This document shows, piece after piece, positions 27,581-40,800 of a DNA stretch of 64,000 nt (positions are counted from its first letter, which is position 1; every line of letters begins with the position of its first letter). A program made the position numbers and the translations under genes. The stretch covers positions 58,220,001-58,284,000 of the forward strand of contig NC_086108.1 of assembly GCF_963921235.1 (NCBI RefSeq), read 5' to 3'. The stretch comes from Mobula hypostoma (taxonomy: Eukaryota). The notes beneath the pieces are model-generated. The model saw nothing but the letters and a program-made list of their open reading frames with translations. It searched no databases and was not told the origin of the DNA.

Positions 27581-28209
27581 AACCAGCCTCATAATGGGCA
27601 CTAGCGATCACAGCATCAAGGATAACTTCAAAAACGATGCCTCAAAAAGGCAGCATCCATCATTAAGGACCTCATCATCCAAGACATGTCCTCTTCTCAT
27701 GCTACTATCAAGGAGATGGTACAGGAGCCTGAAGACACACACTCAATGTTTCAGGAACAACTTCTTCCCCTCTGCCATCAGATTTTTGAATGGACAATGA
27801 ATCTATGTCCATTACCTCAATATTTTGTTTTTCTTTTTTTTGCTTTCTTCTTGCACTGGCATTATTTAATTTTTAAAAATATATTGCTTACTGTAATTTG
27901 TAGCTTTTTCATTATTATATATTGCGACATTCTGCTATAAAGCAACTAATTTCACAATTTATGGCAGTGATAGTAAACCTGATTCTGATTTGGAAAATAA
28001 CATCAGATCTTTTACCTCAGCACTATGCTTAGCCCACATCGCTTGAAAACAATACTATTTAAAAATTAATGTCTTGAATACATAGCAATGAGCCTCCACA
28101 AAACTCTTGGATAGCAAATTCAAAAGATTAACTAACCTCTGGGTGAAGAAACTCCTTTTCATTAATTTTGAGGCTATGATCCCTACATCTCAACAAACTA
28201 CCCAGGGTA

Positions 28210-28390
28210 GTCCTCCCCCTCCCACTTTCAAATCTCTTACTAGCTCTTCCTTCAGTTAGTCCTGACGAAGAGTCTCGGCCTGAAATGTCGACTGTACCTC
28301 TTCCTAGAGATGCTGCCTGGCCTGCTGCGTTCACCAGCAACTTTGATGTGTGTTGCTTGAATTTCCAGCATCTGCAGAATTCCTCGTGTG
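28210..28390 (+). mobile_element. Penelope-like terminal repeat insertion with 11-bp TSD
   Basis: TACCCAGGGTA at 28199-28209 and 28391-28401; internal CTGACGAAG...GAAATGTCGAC and GATGCTGCCTGGCCTGCTG motifs. Confidence 0.8.
28258..28293 (+). ncRNA. Minimal type-I hammerhead ribozyme motif (partly decayed)
   Basis: Helix I AGUC/GACU, core CUGACGA, helix II GAGUCUCGGCCU, GAAA, UGUC cleavage context (cut predicted after 28289). Confidence 0.7.
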
Positions 28391-30345
28391 TACCCAGGGT
28401 AAAAACAACTCCTTACCATCCAGCCAAGGAATTTGTATGTTTAAATGAAATCATCTTCCTTTCTTCTACATAGGTAAGAAGATCAGTCCCGAACTTAACA
28501 TTTCGGGTCTCACTAGGGCTCTATTGCATATAATTGCAGAATGACATCTTAGGCATTCAAATCACATTGCAATAAGGCATGAACATACCGTTTTCCTTCT
28601 AAACAGTTTGTTAGTTTTCAGTGGACCAGGACAACCAGGTCCTTTTGAATCCCAGAACATTTGATCCTTTATCATTAAAAAAAGACTATTTTTTCCGTCA
28701 AAGTAGATAATCACATTTTTCCACATTATATCCATCTGTCATATCTTTCTTAGTCACATAGCCTATCTATATCTTTCTGAAGTCTCCACATCATTTTCAG
28801 TCTAGACTGCCATTTGGTTAGTGTCTTCAGCAAACTTGAATGTCACTTTGTCCCCTGATTAAAATTACTGATGTTGATTCTCAACATTTGGAGCTATTGT
28901 ACCAACCCCATGCATCAGTAACACTGATCACTGTCTGAATATGACCATTTTAGCACTTTGCTTTCTGTCCATTAACCAATTTTATTAATAATCCCCAACA
29001 TGGAACTTTATCAAAATGTTATCTGAAAGTTCTAGGAAATCACAATTGGTTTACCCATATCATATCTGCTGGTTATAAATGCAAAAACATTCAAAATACT
29101 TGCTACCATGATTATTCTCTCAAATTCACACTAACTATATCCAATCCTGTTATTGCTTTCTAAGTACGACAACAGTCATAGAAAACTACAGCATAAAAAC
29201 AGGACCTTTGGCCCATCTAGTCTGTGCTGAATCATTTAAACTGCCTAGTTTCATTGACCTGCACCTGGACTATAGCCCTCCCATCCATGTACCTTTCTAA
29301 ACAAATATTGATATATTTTTCTTTAGTAGTACAGGTAGGTTCTGATAATTTGTCCACTACAAACAAGCTACTGTTCCTTTTTTATCCCTTTTTCCTTCTT
29401 TAAATCATAAGATTTGCTACATTCCAATTGCTGAGAATTACTCTGGAATTTATGTAATCAGGGTTACCCACCTTCTCCATAGGCAGCATAATCAAAAATC
29501 CTAGTATGCTGGTGATTGGGCCTGTGGATCAATTGCATTTCAGTTCCATTAATTAAGAGTAGTTATTATTATTTATAATTTCTCTGTTTTTAGATATGTA
29601 TTTTTTTTTAGATATGTAATCCTCCATGATTTCTGGGAGGTTTTTCCTCAACTTTCAGGAAGACAGCACAAGGTATTTGTTTAACTTCTCTGCTGTTTCC
29701 TCATTTCCTGGTATAATTTTTCCTTTCTCAGTCTATAAAGGATCGCATGTTAATTTTAACTGTTTGCATATCAGCAGAGGTTTTTAAAATCCTATTTTTA
29801 AAATGTTGCTCAATACCTAACTTCACATTCAACTTTCCCTTTTCCCACCATTGCACAAATCATCTGCTGAAGTCTGAAATTTTCAGGCATATAGTTTATA
29901 TCCCATTAGACTCTCATCCTGTAGTTAAGCCCCTATCTCTGATCTAATATTATGATTTGTCTTGCTAGTCATAGCTGAACAACCTTTCCTGTCTTTTTTA
30001 AAACTTAAAGGAATACATGTTAGTTATTAATAACATATTAACTTTTGTTAACGTTGCCATCACTGATTTATTATCACAGCTTTCAGGATGATTTCACAAT
30101 CTATGAGAAGTAACCCTCTCAGCTCACTTTCATGGTTTGCTTTATTCAGATTAAAGATCATGGTTGCAGGATGAACTAAATCACTTTCAGTGTTTATATA
30201 AACTTTGCTGTCAAAATGATCACCACTCGTTAAAGCACCATTTAACTACTAAATCATTAAAAAAAACCTTTCTTGTAAGGTTAAAAGCAACCTGCTGCTG
30301 TTGAATCTAATTATTAAAAAAAAACACATGGTAAAGTATACTCAC

Positions 30346-30436
30346 ATTAGTAATGTCTCTGCGAATAGAGCGCAGTGGATTGCCCTCAAGCAACAGAGAT
30401 TTCAACTTCGGGAGATTTCCCAGCTTATACGGCAAG
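30346..30436 (-). CDS. LRRC40: LRRC40 internal coding exon, 91 bp
   Basis: ttgacttgcag|CTTGCCG...ACTAAT|gtgag. (S)LPYKLGNLPKLKSLLLEGNPLRSIRRDITN matches recalled [29 protein letters not shown]. Phase 2 in, phase 0 out. Confidence 0.94.
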
Positions 30437-31769
30437 CTGCAAGTCAAAGAGCATTTCATGAATGAACAAGAGGTATTCCAGCAAATGTTACATCCTAACT
30501 CTTCATGGGATTTTTATATAACTGTAAATAAATAGATCACATTTGCTTATTCAGTAACCACAATTATAGTCATGGAGGATAAAAAATTTTATTTTTCATA
30601 CACAATGGAAAATGTGTGAAGAAGAAAATGCTGTTAATAGAATGTAGCTTTGACATTAATAGGTAAAATTAGTATAAATGTAAAATAAGTATTCAACTTC
30701 ATTCTTCAGATTACTGTGCTAGAAGATAAAAGACTAAAAATAATAAATAATGTTCCATGGACTCTTCTAAAGATAGGGTGTCAATTAGTTAATGGTTCAT
30801 TATCAATTAATCACTATGGACACAAGCAATTATTGTGATAAAAAAATTGAAATGCTGACAGCATGATGCTCCCAGCCTCAAAAGGAAGTCAGTATTGGCT
30901 TCCATAGGTCATGATGTACTGCTGGGTTTTGGAATCTCAGATCAATCCAAAGGTGTTGGGCTCCCCTCTTCCCATAATTTCAGTCTTGGTTCTTCTTGGT
31001 GAAAGTACTCACACCATGCTGATAGTAGGGAGTTCCAGGATTTAAATCCAGACACAAAGGACCAGTGGTATATTTCCAAGTTCGGAAGGTATGTGCCTCG
31101 GAGAGGAACCCGCAAGTGGGGGGTTACCTTCTATCTTTGACCTTGTAAAGGAGGCAATAGGTTTTGGATCTACAACTGGGACTGTCCAAATGAGTAACTG
31201 CAGAATACACTGTAGCCACTATGAGCTGCAGTAGGATGGAATGAATGCTTAGCTGATGGATGGAGTGCTAATCAAAAGTTTGATGTCATCAAGCTACCAG
31301 AGAATTATTGGGACTGCACTTATCCAAGCAAGTGGGACAGTATTCCAACACGCTCCTGATTTATTTTTATGGATGGTAGAAAATCTTTTGGGTGGTGGTA
31401 GATAAATCTCTTGTCACAGATTCCTCTAGATCATCTCTTGCCATTATGTTATTTATATGTCCATAAATTAAATTTCTGGCTTAAATACAGAAATGGTGCA
31501 GCACGCTGAGTGTCATACTATGGATTCCTAACTATATAACCTGATAATTCACTTGGCATTATACAGGCATTATAGAGATGTGTTAGTGACAGCACTGCTT
31601 TGTTACAAACCCCTGCTCATCCTACTGCTTTGCCAGGAACCTGTCATGAATCACTGCCCTCCACTACTGTTGCTGTACAATAGATCACCCAGGCTATGTT
31701 GAGAAAACAATACAGCCACTCAGCACTGGGTGAGAATCTCTGGGCTCTACTCTTCCAACACCATGAACG

Positions 31770-32744
31770 TAGGCGACACAAAGGTTGGTGGTGGTGTAGA
31801 TAGTGTAGAGGATTGTCAAAGATTGCAGAGAGACATTGACAGGATGCAGAAGTGGGCTGAGAAGTGGCAGATGGAGTTCAACCTGGAGAAGTGTGTGATA
31901 GTACACTTTGGAAGGACAAACTCTAAGGCAGCGTACAAAGTAAGTGGCAGGATACTTGGTAGTGTGGAGGAGCAGAGGGATCTGGGGGTACATGTCCAAA
32001 GATCCTTGAAAGTTACCTCACAGGTAGATAGGGTAGTTAAGAAAGCTTATGGGGTGTTAGATTTCATAAGTCGAGGGCTAGAGTTTAAGAGTTGCAAGGT
32101 AATGATGCAGCTCTATAAAACTCTGGTTAGGCCACACTTGGAGTACTGTGTCCAGTTCCGGTCACCTCACTATAGGAAGGATGTGGAAGCTTTGCAAAGG
32201 GTACAGAAGAGATTTACCAGGATGCTGCCTGGTTTAGAGAGTATGGATTATGATCAGAGATTAAGGGAGCTAGGGCTTTACTCTTTGGAGAGGAAATGAT
32301 TCCAGGATTGAATGGGTTGTCATATGAAGAGGGTTTGATGGCTCTGAGCCTGTATTCACTAGAATTCAGAAGAATGAGGAGGGACCTCACTGAAACCTAT
32401 CAAATAGTGGAAAGACTTGATAAGAGTGGATGTGGAGAGGATGTTTCCTATAGTGGGAGAGTCTAAGACTAGAGTATGCAGCCTCAGAATAGAGGGGCAT
32501 CCTTTTAGAACGGAGATGAGAAAGATCTTCTTTAGCCGGAGAGTGGTGAATTTGTGGAATTCTTTGCCACAAGCAGCTGTGCAGGCCAAGTCTTTTTGTA
32601 TATTTAAGGCAGAGGTTGATAGAATTTTGATTGGTCAGGGCATGAAGGGATATGGGACTGAGAGGAAAACTGGATCAACCATAATGAAATGGCGGAGAAG
32701 ACTCGATGGGCCAAATAGCCTAATTCTGCTCCTATATCTTATGG
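31770..32744 (+). mobile_element. CR1 LINE 3' region, composite of two subfamilies joined at ~32297
   Basis: ORF 31730..32299 (DTKVGG...YKTLVRPHLEYCVQF) and ORF 32417..32758. Confidence 0.85.
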
Positions 32745-34180
32745 AATCATCCTTGTGAACCTCCTCTGAACCCTCTCCAATGCCAGCACATCTTCCTTAG
32801 ATGAGGATCTCTCCCTCTCCCAGTATAGAGTGCCCTCCTGCTTCAAAACATCCACCATTGTTCCCGTACCTTAAAAGACCAAGGTGACATGTCTGAATGA
32901 CTGGCGTCCTGTCACACTCACCTCAATAATAAGCAAATGCTTTGAGAGGCTGGTCAAGGATTACATCTGCAGTATGCTGCCACCCACACTTGACCCCTAC
33001 AATTCGTCTACCGACACCAATCAACAGATGACGCAATAGCGTCCTTTCACATCTGCAGAAGGAGGATGCTTATGTGAGAATGCTGTTCTTGGACTACAGT
33101 TCAGCATTCAACACCATAATTCTATCCAGTCTCGACAAGAAGCTCAGAGACCTCGGCCTTCACTCTGCCTTCTGTAGCTGGATCCTGGACTTCCCAAGAA
33201 CTTTCTACAGGGATACAACTGAGAGCACCCTGACTGGCTGCATTACTGACTGGTATGGAAACTGTACTTCCCTCAATCGCAGGACTCTGCAGAGAATGGT
33301 GCAGACAGTCCAGCGCATCTGTACATGTGAACTTCCCACTATTCAGGACATTTACAGAGACAGGTATGTAAAAAGGGTCCGAATGATCATTGGGGACCTG
33401 AGTCACCCCAACCACAAACTGCTCCAGCTGCTAGCATCCGGGAAATGGTACTGCAGCATAAAAGCCAGGACCAGCAGGCTCCGGGACAGCTTCTTCCATC
33501 AGGCCATCAGACTGATTAATTCATGCTGACACAACTGTATTTCTATGTTATATTGACTGTCCTGTTGTACATACTATTTGTTATAAATTACTATAAATTG
33601 CACATTGCACATTTAGACGGAGACGGAACGTAAAGATTTTTGCTCCTCATGTATATGAAGGATGTAAGTAATAAAGTCAATTCAATTACACCACCATTCA
33701 CAATACTCAAGGAGAGGCCTCATCAGTGCCTTATAAAGCCTCAGCATCACGTCCCTGCTCTTGGATTCTATACCTCTTAAAATGAATGCTAACATTGCCT
33801 TTGCCTTCCTCACCACTGACTCAACCTGCAAGTTAATCTTTAGGGTGTTCTGCACAAGGACTCCCAAGTCACTTTGCATCTCAGATTTTTTGATTTTCTC
33901 CCCATTTAGAAAATAGTCTGCACATTTATTTCTACTACTAAAGTGCATGGCCATGCATTTTCCAACATTGTATTTCATTTGCCACTTTCTTCCCATTCTC
34001 CTACCCATTTCCTCAACACTACTTGCCAATCTTTGTATCATATGCAAACTTGGCAACAAAGCCATCTATTCCATCATCAAAATCACTGCTATACAGCATA
34101 AAAAGCGGTCCTGCCACTGACCCCTGCGGAACACCACTAGTCACTGGCAGCCAACCAGAAAAGAATCCTTTTATTCCCAC
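32745..34180 (-). mobile_element. CR1 fragment split by a Rex1 insertion
   Basis: 32745-32805 and 33690-34180 are colinear CR1 RT/C-terminal sequence (ORF 33682..34065). Confidence 0.75.
32808..33686 (+). mobile_element. Internally deleted Rex1/Babar LINE
   Basis: [52 protein letters not shown] tail. Confidence 0.85.
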
Positions 34181-34344
34181 AGACAGAAGGGATTAGTTTA
34201 TTTAGACATTTAGTTAATAGTTTAATTAGTTCAACTCAGCATCATGGGCTGAAGGGTTCTGTATTATGTGCACTGCTCCACAGTCTATGTCAGTAATGGT
34301 CACAGGGCCAAAAAAAAAAGAAAACGAGAGGTTGATGGTAGCTT

Positions 34345-35838
34345 CCATCTTTTCCACCTCTCGCTACTACAGTCTGTAATCCCCACCTGCCCCAAGTCAG
34401 CCACAATAATACCCATACCAAAGAAAAGTACAGTGAACTGCCTTAATGACTATCGCCCAGTTGCTCTAACTCCTATCATCATCAAATGTTTTGAGAGACT
34501 CATACTGTCTTATATTAAGTCTGCCATACCTGCTGACCTTGATAAATACCCGTTTGCGTATCATGCAAACAGATCGACAGAGAATGCAGTCATCACAGCT
34601 CTCCACACAGCCCTTACAAACCTGGATCAGGATAACACCTATGTAAGAATGCTGTTTGTGGACTACAGCTCAGCTTTTAATACAGTCATCCCCTACAAAC
34701 TGGTGCAGAAATTGAGCAACCTGGGCCTTGGCAGTTCACTGTGCTCACGGATACTGGATTTTCTGAGTAACAGACCCCAAAGTGTCAGGATGGGAGAACA
34801 CACATCATCTACTCTCATCCTGAACACCGGTACACCACAGGGGTGTGTTCTAAGCCCCATCCTCTATTCTCTTTTCACCCATGATTGCTCTACCATTCAC
34901 TCCACCAACACCATTGTCAAATTTGCTGACGATACCACCCTAATAGGTATCATATCAGACTGTGATGAGACAGCCTATAGGGAGGAGGTACAGCATTTGA
35001 CAGAATGGTGTTGTCATAATAACTGGACTTGAACATCACAAAAACCAAGGAGCTGATAGTAGACTTCAGGAAATCAAAGCGCGTCGAGCACTCTGCTCTG
35101 CACATATACGGGAAAGAGGGGGAGAGAGTAGAGAGTTTCAAGTTCCTCGGTGTCCACATCTCAGCTGACCTTACCTGGGCTGTCCATATCTCTTATCAAG
35201 TGGGAAGGCCCAACAGAGGCTCTACTTCCTAAGGAAGCTAAAGCACGCTCTCTTCCCTCATCACCTGCTGATCAACTTCTATCGGACAACTATAGAGAGC
35301 CTCCTGATGTATTGCTGTGCAGTGTGGTTTGCCAGCTGCACAGAACAGAACAGGAAGGACTTGCAGCGGGTGGTGAGGGTAGCAGAGCGGGTTATTGGCA
35401 CAACATTACCTTCCCTCAGAGACATTTATACTGGCAGACTTCAAAAGAAGGCTACTGGTATTTCAAAGGATCCCACTCATCCTGGACATCACCTGTTTTC
35501 CCCTCTACCTTCTGGGAAGAGATACAGAGCATTAAGGATGAAAACTAAGAGACTCCTCAACAGCTTCTACCCACAAGCAGTGAAATGTATAACACCCCCT
35601 TCCCTTCTCCTGACCCCCTCCTAAGACGGCAGCAGCTAAATACATCACACTTCCAGGAATGGCAGGTGTGCAATAGTCCTACCCCCCCCATCCATATATT
35701 ATTAATTTTGGACTGCACTCCTGAGGTTTTAGAGTTTATTTTATGTATATATTCTTTGTCATGCTGCAAAACGTTGAGCTGCTAAACTGTGTTTCATTGC
35801 TCCACAACAATGACAATAAAGATATTCTTCTTCTTCTA
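34345..35838 (+). mobile_element. Rex1/Babar LINE, 5'-truncated, RT largely intact
   Basis: [47 protein letters not shown] tail. Confidence 0.9.
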
Positions 35839-36439
35839 TAGAAGTCAATAAGACTGCCCAGATCCTGCAGTCTGTCACCATCAGTTTGCAACAATGGATA
35901 TCATCATTGCACCTGCCATGTTGCGGACCGAATCCCACATCTTGGTGCTAAACAGCTGAACTGTTTGCCCCAGCATACCTCTCATTGACGATCATGGGCA
36001 GCCTCTCCTCACCGAGTCATGGGTAATTCTTGTGCTTGGATTGCTAGTGGAGTGAGGGGCTCACACCAGGTCTCCAGCACAGCAACTCACAGTTGTGTTT
36101 AACTGAGAGTGTTGAAGCTGGAGAATTGAGAACACTATAACATAGACTATAAGACATTCCTTTGTACCAGACTACAGATTTTACATTTATCTCACTAGTA
36201 TCTTTACATCATGTATTCAGTTAATTTTATGTGATAAACCACGATAGTAGTTAAGTTAGTGTTAGTCCTCCAAATTTCAACACAGACAGGGTTACCTTCA
36301 AACCCAAATGCCAAGGAAGACAATACAGAGTATTAATTTATTACATCCCATAACTTCATTCCTCTCCGTACCACTTTGAACCATTCCATTGGATAGAATC
36401 CAGATTAATCCACACTTCAATGCTATCAGTGAAATATTT

Positions 36440-36622
36440 GCTCCAACAAAATCCTACCTTGGCGCCTCACCATGGTGTAGGAGTGACACAGGCCGAACAT
36501 CAGCGAAGTATGGCAGAGATTCATTCTCTGGCAGGTCTAACCTAGCCGTGAAGGTGATGTTCCACCGGGATACTACTAGACTAGATCTAGTAGTAGGATG
36601 ATGGCTAGCTAAGTCAAGGAGG
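36440..36622 (+). ncRNA. HDV-like self-cleaving ribozyme at RTE 5' end
   Basis: P1 (G)CUCCAAC/GUAGGAG(U), P2 CCUUGGC/GUCAAGG, P3 GCC/GGU, 7-nt L3 UCACCAU, P1.1 CA/UG, P4 CUAGCCGU/AUGGCUAG, J4/2 CUAA. Confidence 0.72.
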
Positions 36623-37304
36623 TAAGCATGCCTTTGCTACTTTGTAGGTTATGCCACTTCAGGCAAAGGCTGCACCCAACGAGGACGCCGGCAGCAGGGC
36701 GTCTGATGGTGTCTGTGGCAGGTGAATCCAAAAGGGTCAGTGGTACAGCCACCTTGGTGGCACGCGGAGGAACCGGAGTGTTGGTCAACGGATGGCATCA
36801 CTAGGCTAGTTAGTTGTCACTGCGGGGAACTTCCTTATCCGCTAAGTCTGTTACACTCCTGTGTACCACTGAGCAACAGATTTGGAAGCCCAGAGAGACT
36901 GTATGGTGGGGGCATGACACCGTCTGTTTTATTACTGTGCAAGGCATGTTGGAGTAGAGTTTCTGGATGGTGTGGAAAGCCCTGTGGCGATGGAGCTCAT
37001 GTGACGGCAGCAGGCTTGAGGAGCTGGAAGCTGCTAGCATGAACTCTGCACATAGGCAGCTCACATAAGATGGTCGCTACCTTGTTGAGTTTTCTGAGCA
37101 ACAACAGGGTTGAGGCAGCTATACGAGTGTCCAGGCAGCCCTTTTTAGGGAAAGTACTGCCCGCCCTGGAAGGGGAAGCCCCTAGAAAAGGTGGGGTAAA
37201 GAAAGCTTGCTCAGATTTCACCTGGCTGGCTCACCGCGGCCAGCGGGTCTTCACCACTGCAGTAAGAAGTTTAAGAAGATGAAACTGATTGTTGCCACAT
37301 GGAA

Positions 37305-37851
37305 TGTGTGCAGTTTTGGTCCCCTAATCTGAGGAAAGACATTCTTGCCATAGAGGGAGTACAAAGAAGGTCCACCAGATTGATTTCTGGGATGGCAGGA
37401 CTTTCATATGATGAAAGACTGGATCGACTAGACTTATACTCGTTGGAATTTAGAAGATTGAGGGGGGATCTCATCGAAACATATAAAATCCTAAAGGGAT
37501 TGGACAGGCTAGATGCAGGAAGATTGTTCCGGATGTTGGGGAAGTCCAGAACGAGGAGACACAGATTGAGGATAAAGGGGAAGCCTTTTAGGACTGAGAT
37601 TAGGAAAAACTTCTTCACACAGAGAGTGGTGAATCTGTGGAATTCTCTGCCACAGGAAACAGTTGAGGCCAGTTCATTGGCTATATTTAAGAGGGAGTTA
37701 GATATGGCCCTTGTGGCTAAAGGGATCAGGGGGTATGGAGGGAAGGCTGGTACAGGGTTCTGAGTTGGATGATCAGCCATGATCATACTGAATGGCAGTG
37801 CAGCTCAAAGGGCCGAATGGCCTACTCCTGCACCTATTTTCTATGTTTCTA
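37305..37851 (+). mobile_element. Young CR1 3' fragment inserted in the RTE ORF
   Basis: ORF 37299..37763; TTTCTATGTTTCTA tail; interrupts RTE ATWNV|MLDND. Confidence 0.92.
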
Positions 37852-40800
37852 ATGCTGGATAACGACTCAAGACCGGAAAGGAGAACTGCTTTGATAGCTA
37901 AGGAATTGGCAAGATACAACATTGATATTGCTGTGCACCAAGAGACAAGGATTGAAGGACAAGGCCAGATCCAAGAAAATACTCATACTCTCTTTTGGAT
38001 TGGGAAAACCAACGAAAGGAGAGATGCAGGTGTGGCCTTTGCTATTTCCAACAAGATTCCTAGCAAATTGCCAACACTTCCGATAGGGATATCTGAAAGG
38101 ATCATACGTGTTTCCATCGGAAAGGATCGTTTCCTGAGTTTGATCAATGTGTAAGCACCAACCATGGCATATTCCGACAAAGACAAGGAGTCCTTCTATT
38201 AGGAACTGGCTGAAATAACTGATAATGTCCCTAGGGCAGACAAGTTGCTCATCTTGGGAGATTTCAATGCCAGGGTAGGCAAGAATCACAGTACCTATGA
38301 AGGTGTCATTGGCAAATTTGGTAAAGGCAAAAATAACGCCAATGGTGAACTTACGCTAAACTTTTGCACTCAGAGGGAATTGTGTGTTTCTTTCGTCAAC
38401 CCGAGAAGAACTACTTCACCTGGATGCCCCCAAGGTCAAGGCATCTCCACTTGCTTGACTACGTTGCGACTCGCAGAGCAGATATGCCAGAGTTCTATCG
38501 ACAAAAGCAATGCATGGAGCAGAGTGCTCATCTGATCATTACATGGTACCAACACAACTTACTTAAACTGCTGCTGCCAAGGCGAAAAACACCCAGTGAA
38601 GCACCCAAGAAATTGGATGTCAACAAGTTGGCCAGTGAGGAACATCAGAGGAGACTTGTCACAGCATTGACATTATCTCTCCAAGAAGACAAAGACCCTC
38701 TCAATGACCCAACCAATATTGAAGAATACTGGAAGCAGCTCAAGAAAACCCCATTCATTCAACTGCTTGGCCACCCTTAGAGAAAAACTCCTGACTGGTT
38801 TCAAGAACAAAACGATTCAATTCAAGAACTGTTGGAGATGAAACAAAGGCTTTATATGTGTCACTTGAAAGAGAACTCTGAAAGAAGCAAAGCAGCATTT
38901 AAGGCCGTGAAAGCCAAAGTTCAAAGGGAGATCAGGGCTATAAAGAACAACTGATGGAATAAGAAAGCAGAAGAATTGCAAGCAATGTCAGACAGGAATG
39001 ACTACCATGGGCTCTTCTCAGGACTGAAAGCTATCTATGGTCCAAGAAGCAATACAGTGGCTCCAGTAAAAACTGCAGATGGGAACAAGCTATGTACTGA
39101 CAGGAAAGACATCACTGAGCGCTCCTGTAACCTTCTAAACCAACAAGGTGCAGCTGACCGCAATGCATGTGAAAAGCTCACAACTAGACCGGTAAGAAAA
39201 GAGCTATGTGGACTCATCACTATGACAGAACTTAACAAGGCTTTAAAAGATACCAGAAGCGGTAAAGCACCCGGGCAAGATGGCATTCCATCAGATGTAC
39301 TGAAGCAAGGTGGTCCTGCTCTGAAGACTGAACTGTTGAACTTATATAATGCTTGTTGGCAGAGTCAATGTCTCCCTCAGGACTTCAAAGATGCGCTGAC
39401 AGTCACCATCTACAAGAAGAAAGGCGACCGTAGTGTTTGTGGAAACCACCGAGGAATCTCCCTTCTGTCCACAGCTGGCAAGTTTATGGCGAAGATACTG
39501 CTCAGCTGGCTCAAGATCGTCTCAGAAGACGTGCTTCCTGAAAGCCAACGTGGCTTTAGGGCTGGAAGAGCAACCACTGACATGATTTTTACTTTGAGGC
39601 AACTGCAGGAGAAGGCAGTAGAACAGCAGCAAACATTGTACATTGTCTTTGTTGATTTCTCACAAGCATTTGATACGGCGGACAGAGAAACACTCTGGGA
39701 AGTGCTCAAAACTTATGACTGTCCAGATAGGCTGGTTACGATGATCAAACTGTTTTATGAGAACATGTCTGGCAAAGTATCTATCGGAGGAGACGTCAGC
39801 GAAGCCTTCACCATCAACCACGGGGTAAAACAGGGATGCGCTCTTGCTCCAACTTTGTTCACACCATATCTTGCTGCAGTTTTGGAAATAACAGACCATA
39901 ATTTGGACAAAGGTGGGTACATAGGACTCGCTCAGATGGAAAATTGTTCAACCTGTCAAGACTCAAAGCCTCAACCAAATCAAGACAGATATGTGTCAGA
40001 GAACTTCTGTATGCAGACCACTCAGCCCTGGTTGCTACTGATGTTAATGTGATTCAAGAAATTGTAGACCGCTTCTCGCTTGCTGCCACTCTTTTTGGCC
40101 AACAATCAATGTCTCCAAAACCGAACTTCTGTACTAGCCTCCTCCTCTGGGTAGTCCCAGTGAGACCCAACCACCAGTCCTATCGGTCAATGGGATAGTG
40201 CTGAAATGTTCTGAATCTTTCACATACTTAGGAAGCGCTGTGACCAACACCAACTCATCAGATCTAGAAGTTGAGAGGAGAATTCAATCAGCTACAAAAG
40301 TCTTTGGTGCTTTGCAGAAGCGACTTTGGTCTCACCACGGTATTAAAATGGCAACCAAGGTCAAAGTGTATAACACAGCTGTTTTACCATCTCTGCTTTA
40401 TTCAACTGAAACGATGATATTGTATCAGAAGCACATCAAGAAATTGACCAAGACACAACACAAGCATTTATGCCAAATATTACACATCAAGTGGCAAGAG
40501 AGGGTACCAGATGTGGAGGTGCTCAAACGTGCTGGGACAGTCAGCGTAGAATCGCTCATCACAGCTTCTCAGCTGCGTTGGACTGGTCACGTCACAAGAA
40601 TGAGCGATGATCGTTTACCTGAAGCTGTTTTCTCTGGCGAGCTACACGAAGGAAAGAGGAAGCATGGTGGTCAGAAGCTGCACTACAAAGACATGCTCAA
40701 GCACCAGATGAAGAACACTGACATGAATGTCAACCCCTGGGAGAAAGATGCTCTGGACAGAAGAAGTTGGCACTGCGTTGTCAAGAAGTCAATCCCAGCT

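Larger units (their letters stand above)
25940..27990 (+). mobile_element. Degraded Rex1/Babar LINE hosting nested insertions
   Basis: [13 protein letters not shown] motif and VDFRKG...FKFLGV...LYFIRSLRR; resumes after 27580; tail AAACCTGATTCTGATT. Confidence 0.82.

Noticed and set aside
30950..31450. Possible ancient LINE fragment (also 35870-36120)
   Set aside because: Too degenerate to assign family or boundaries by eye.
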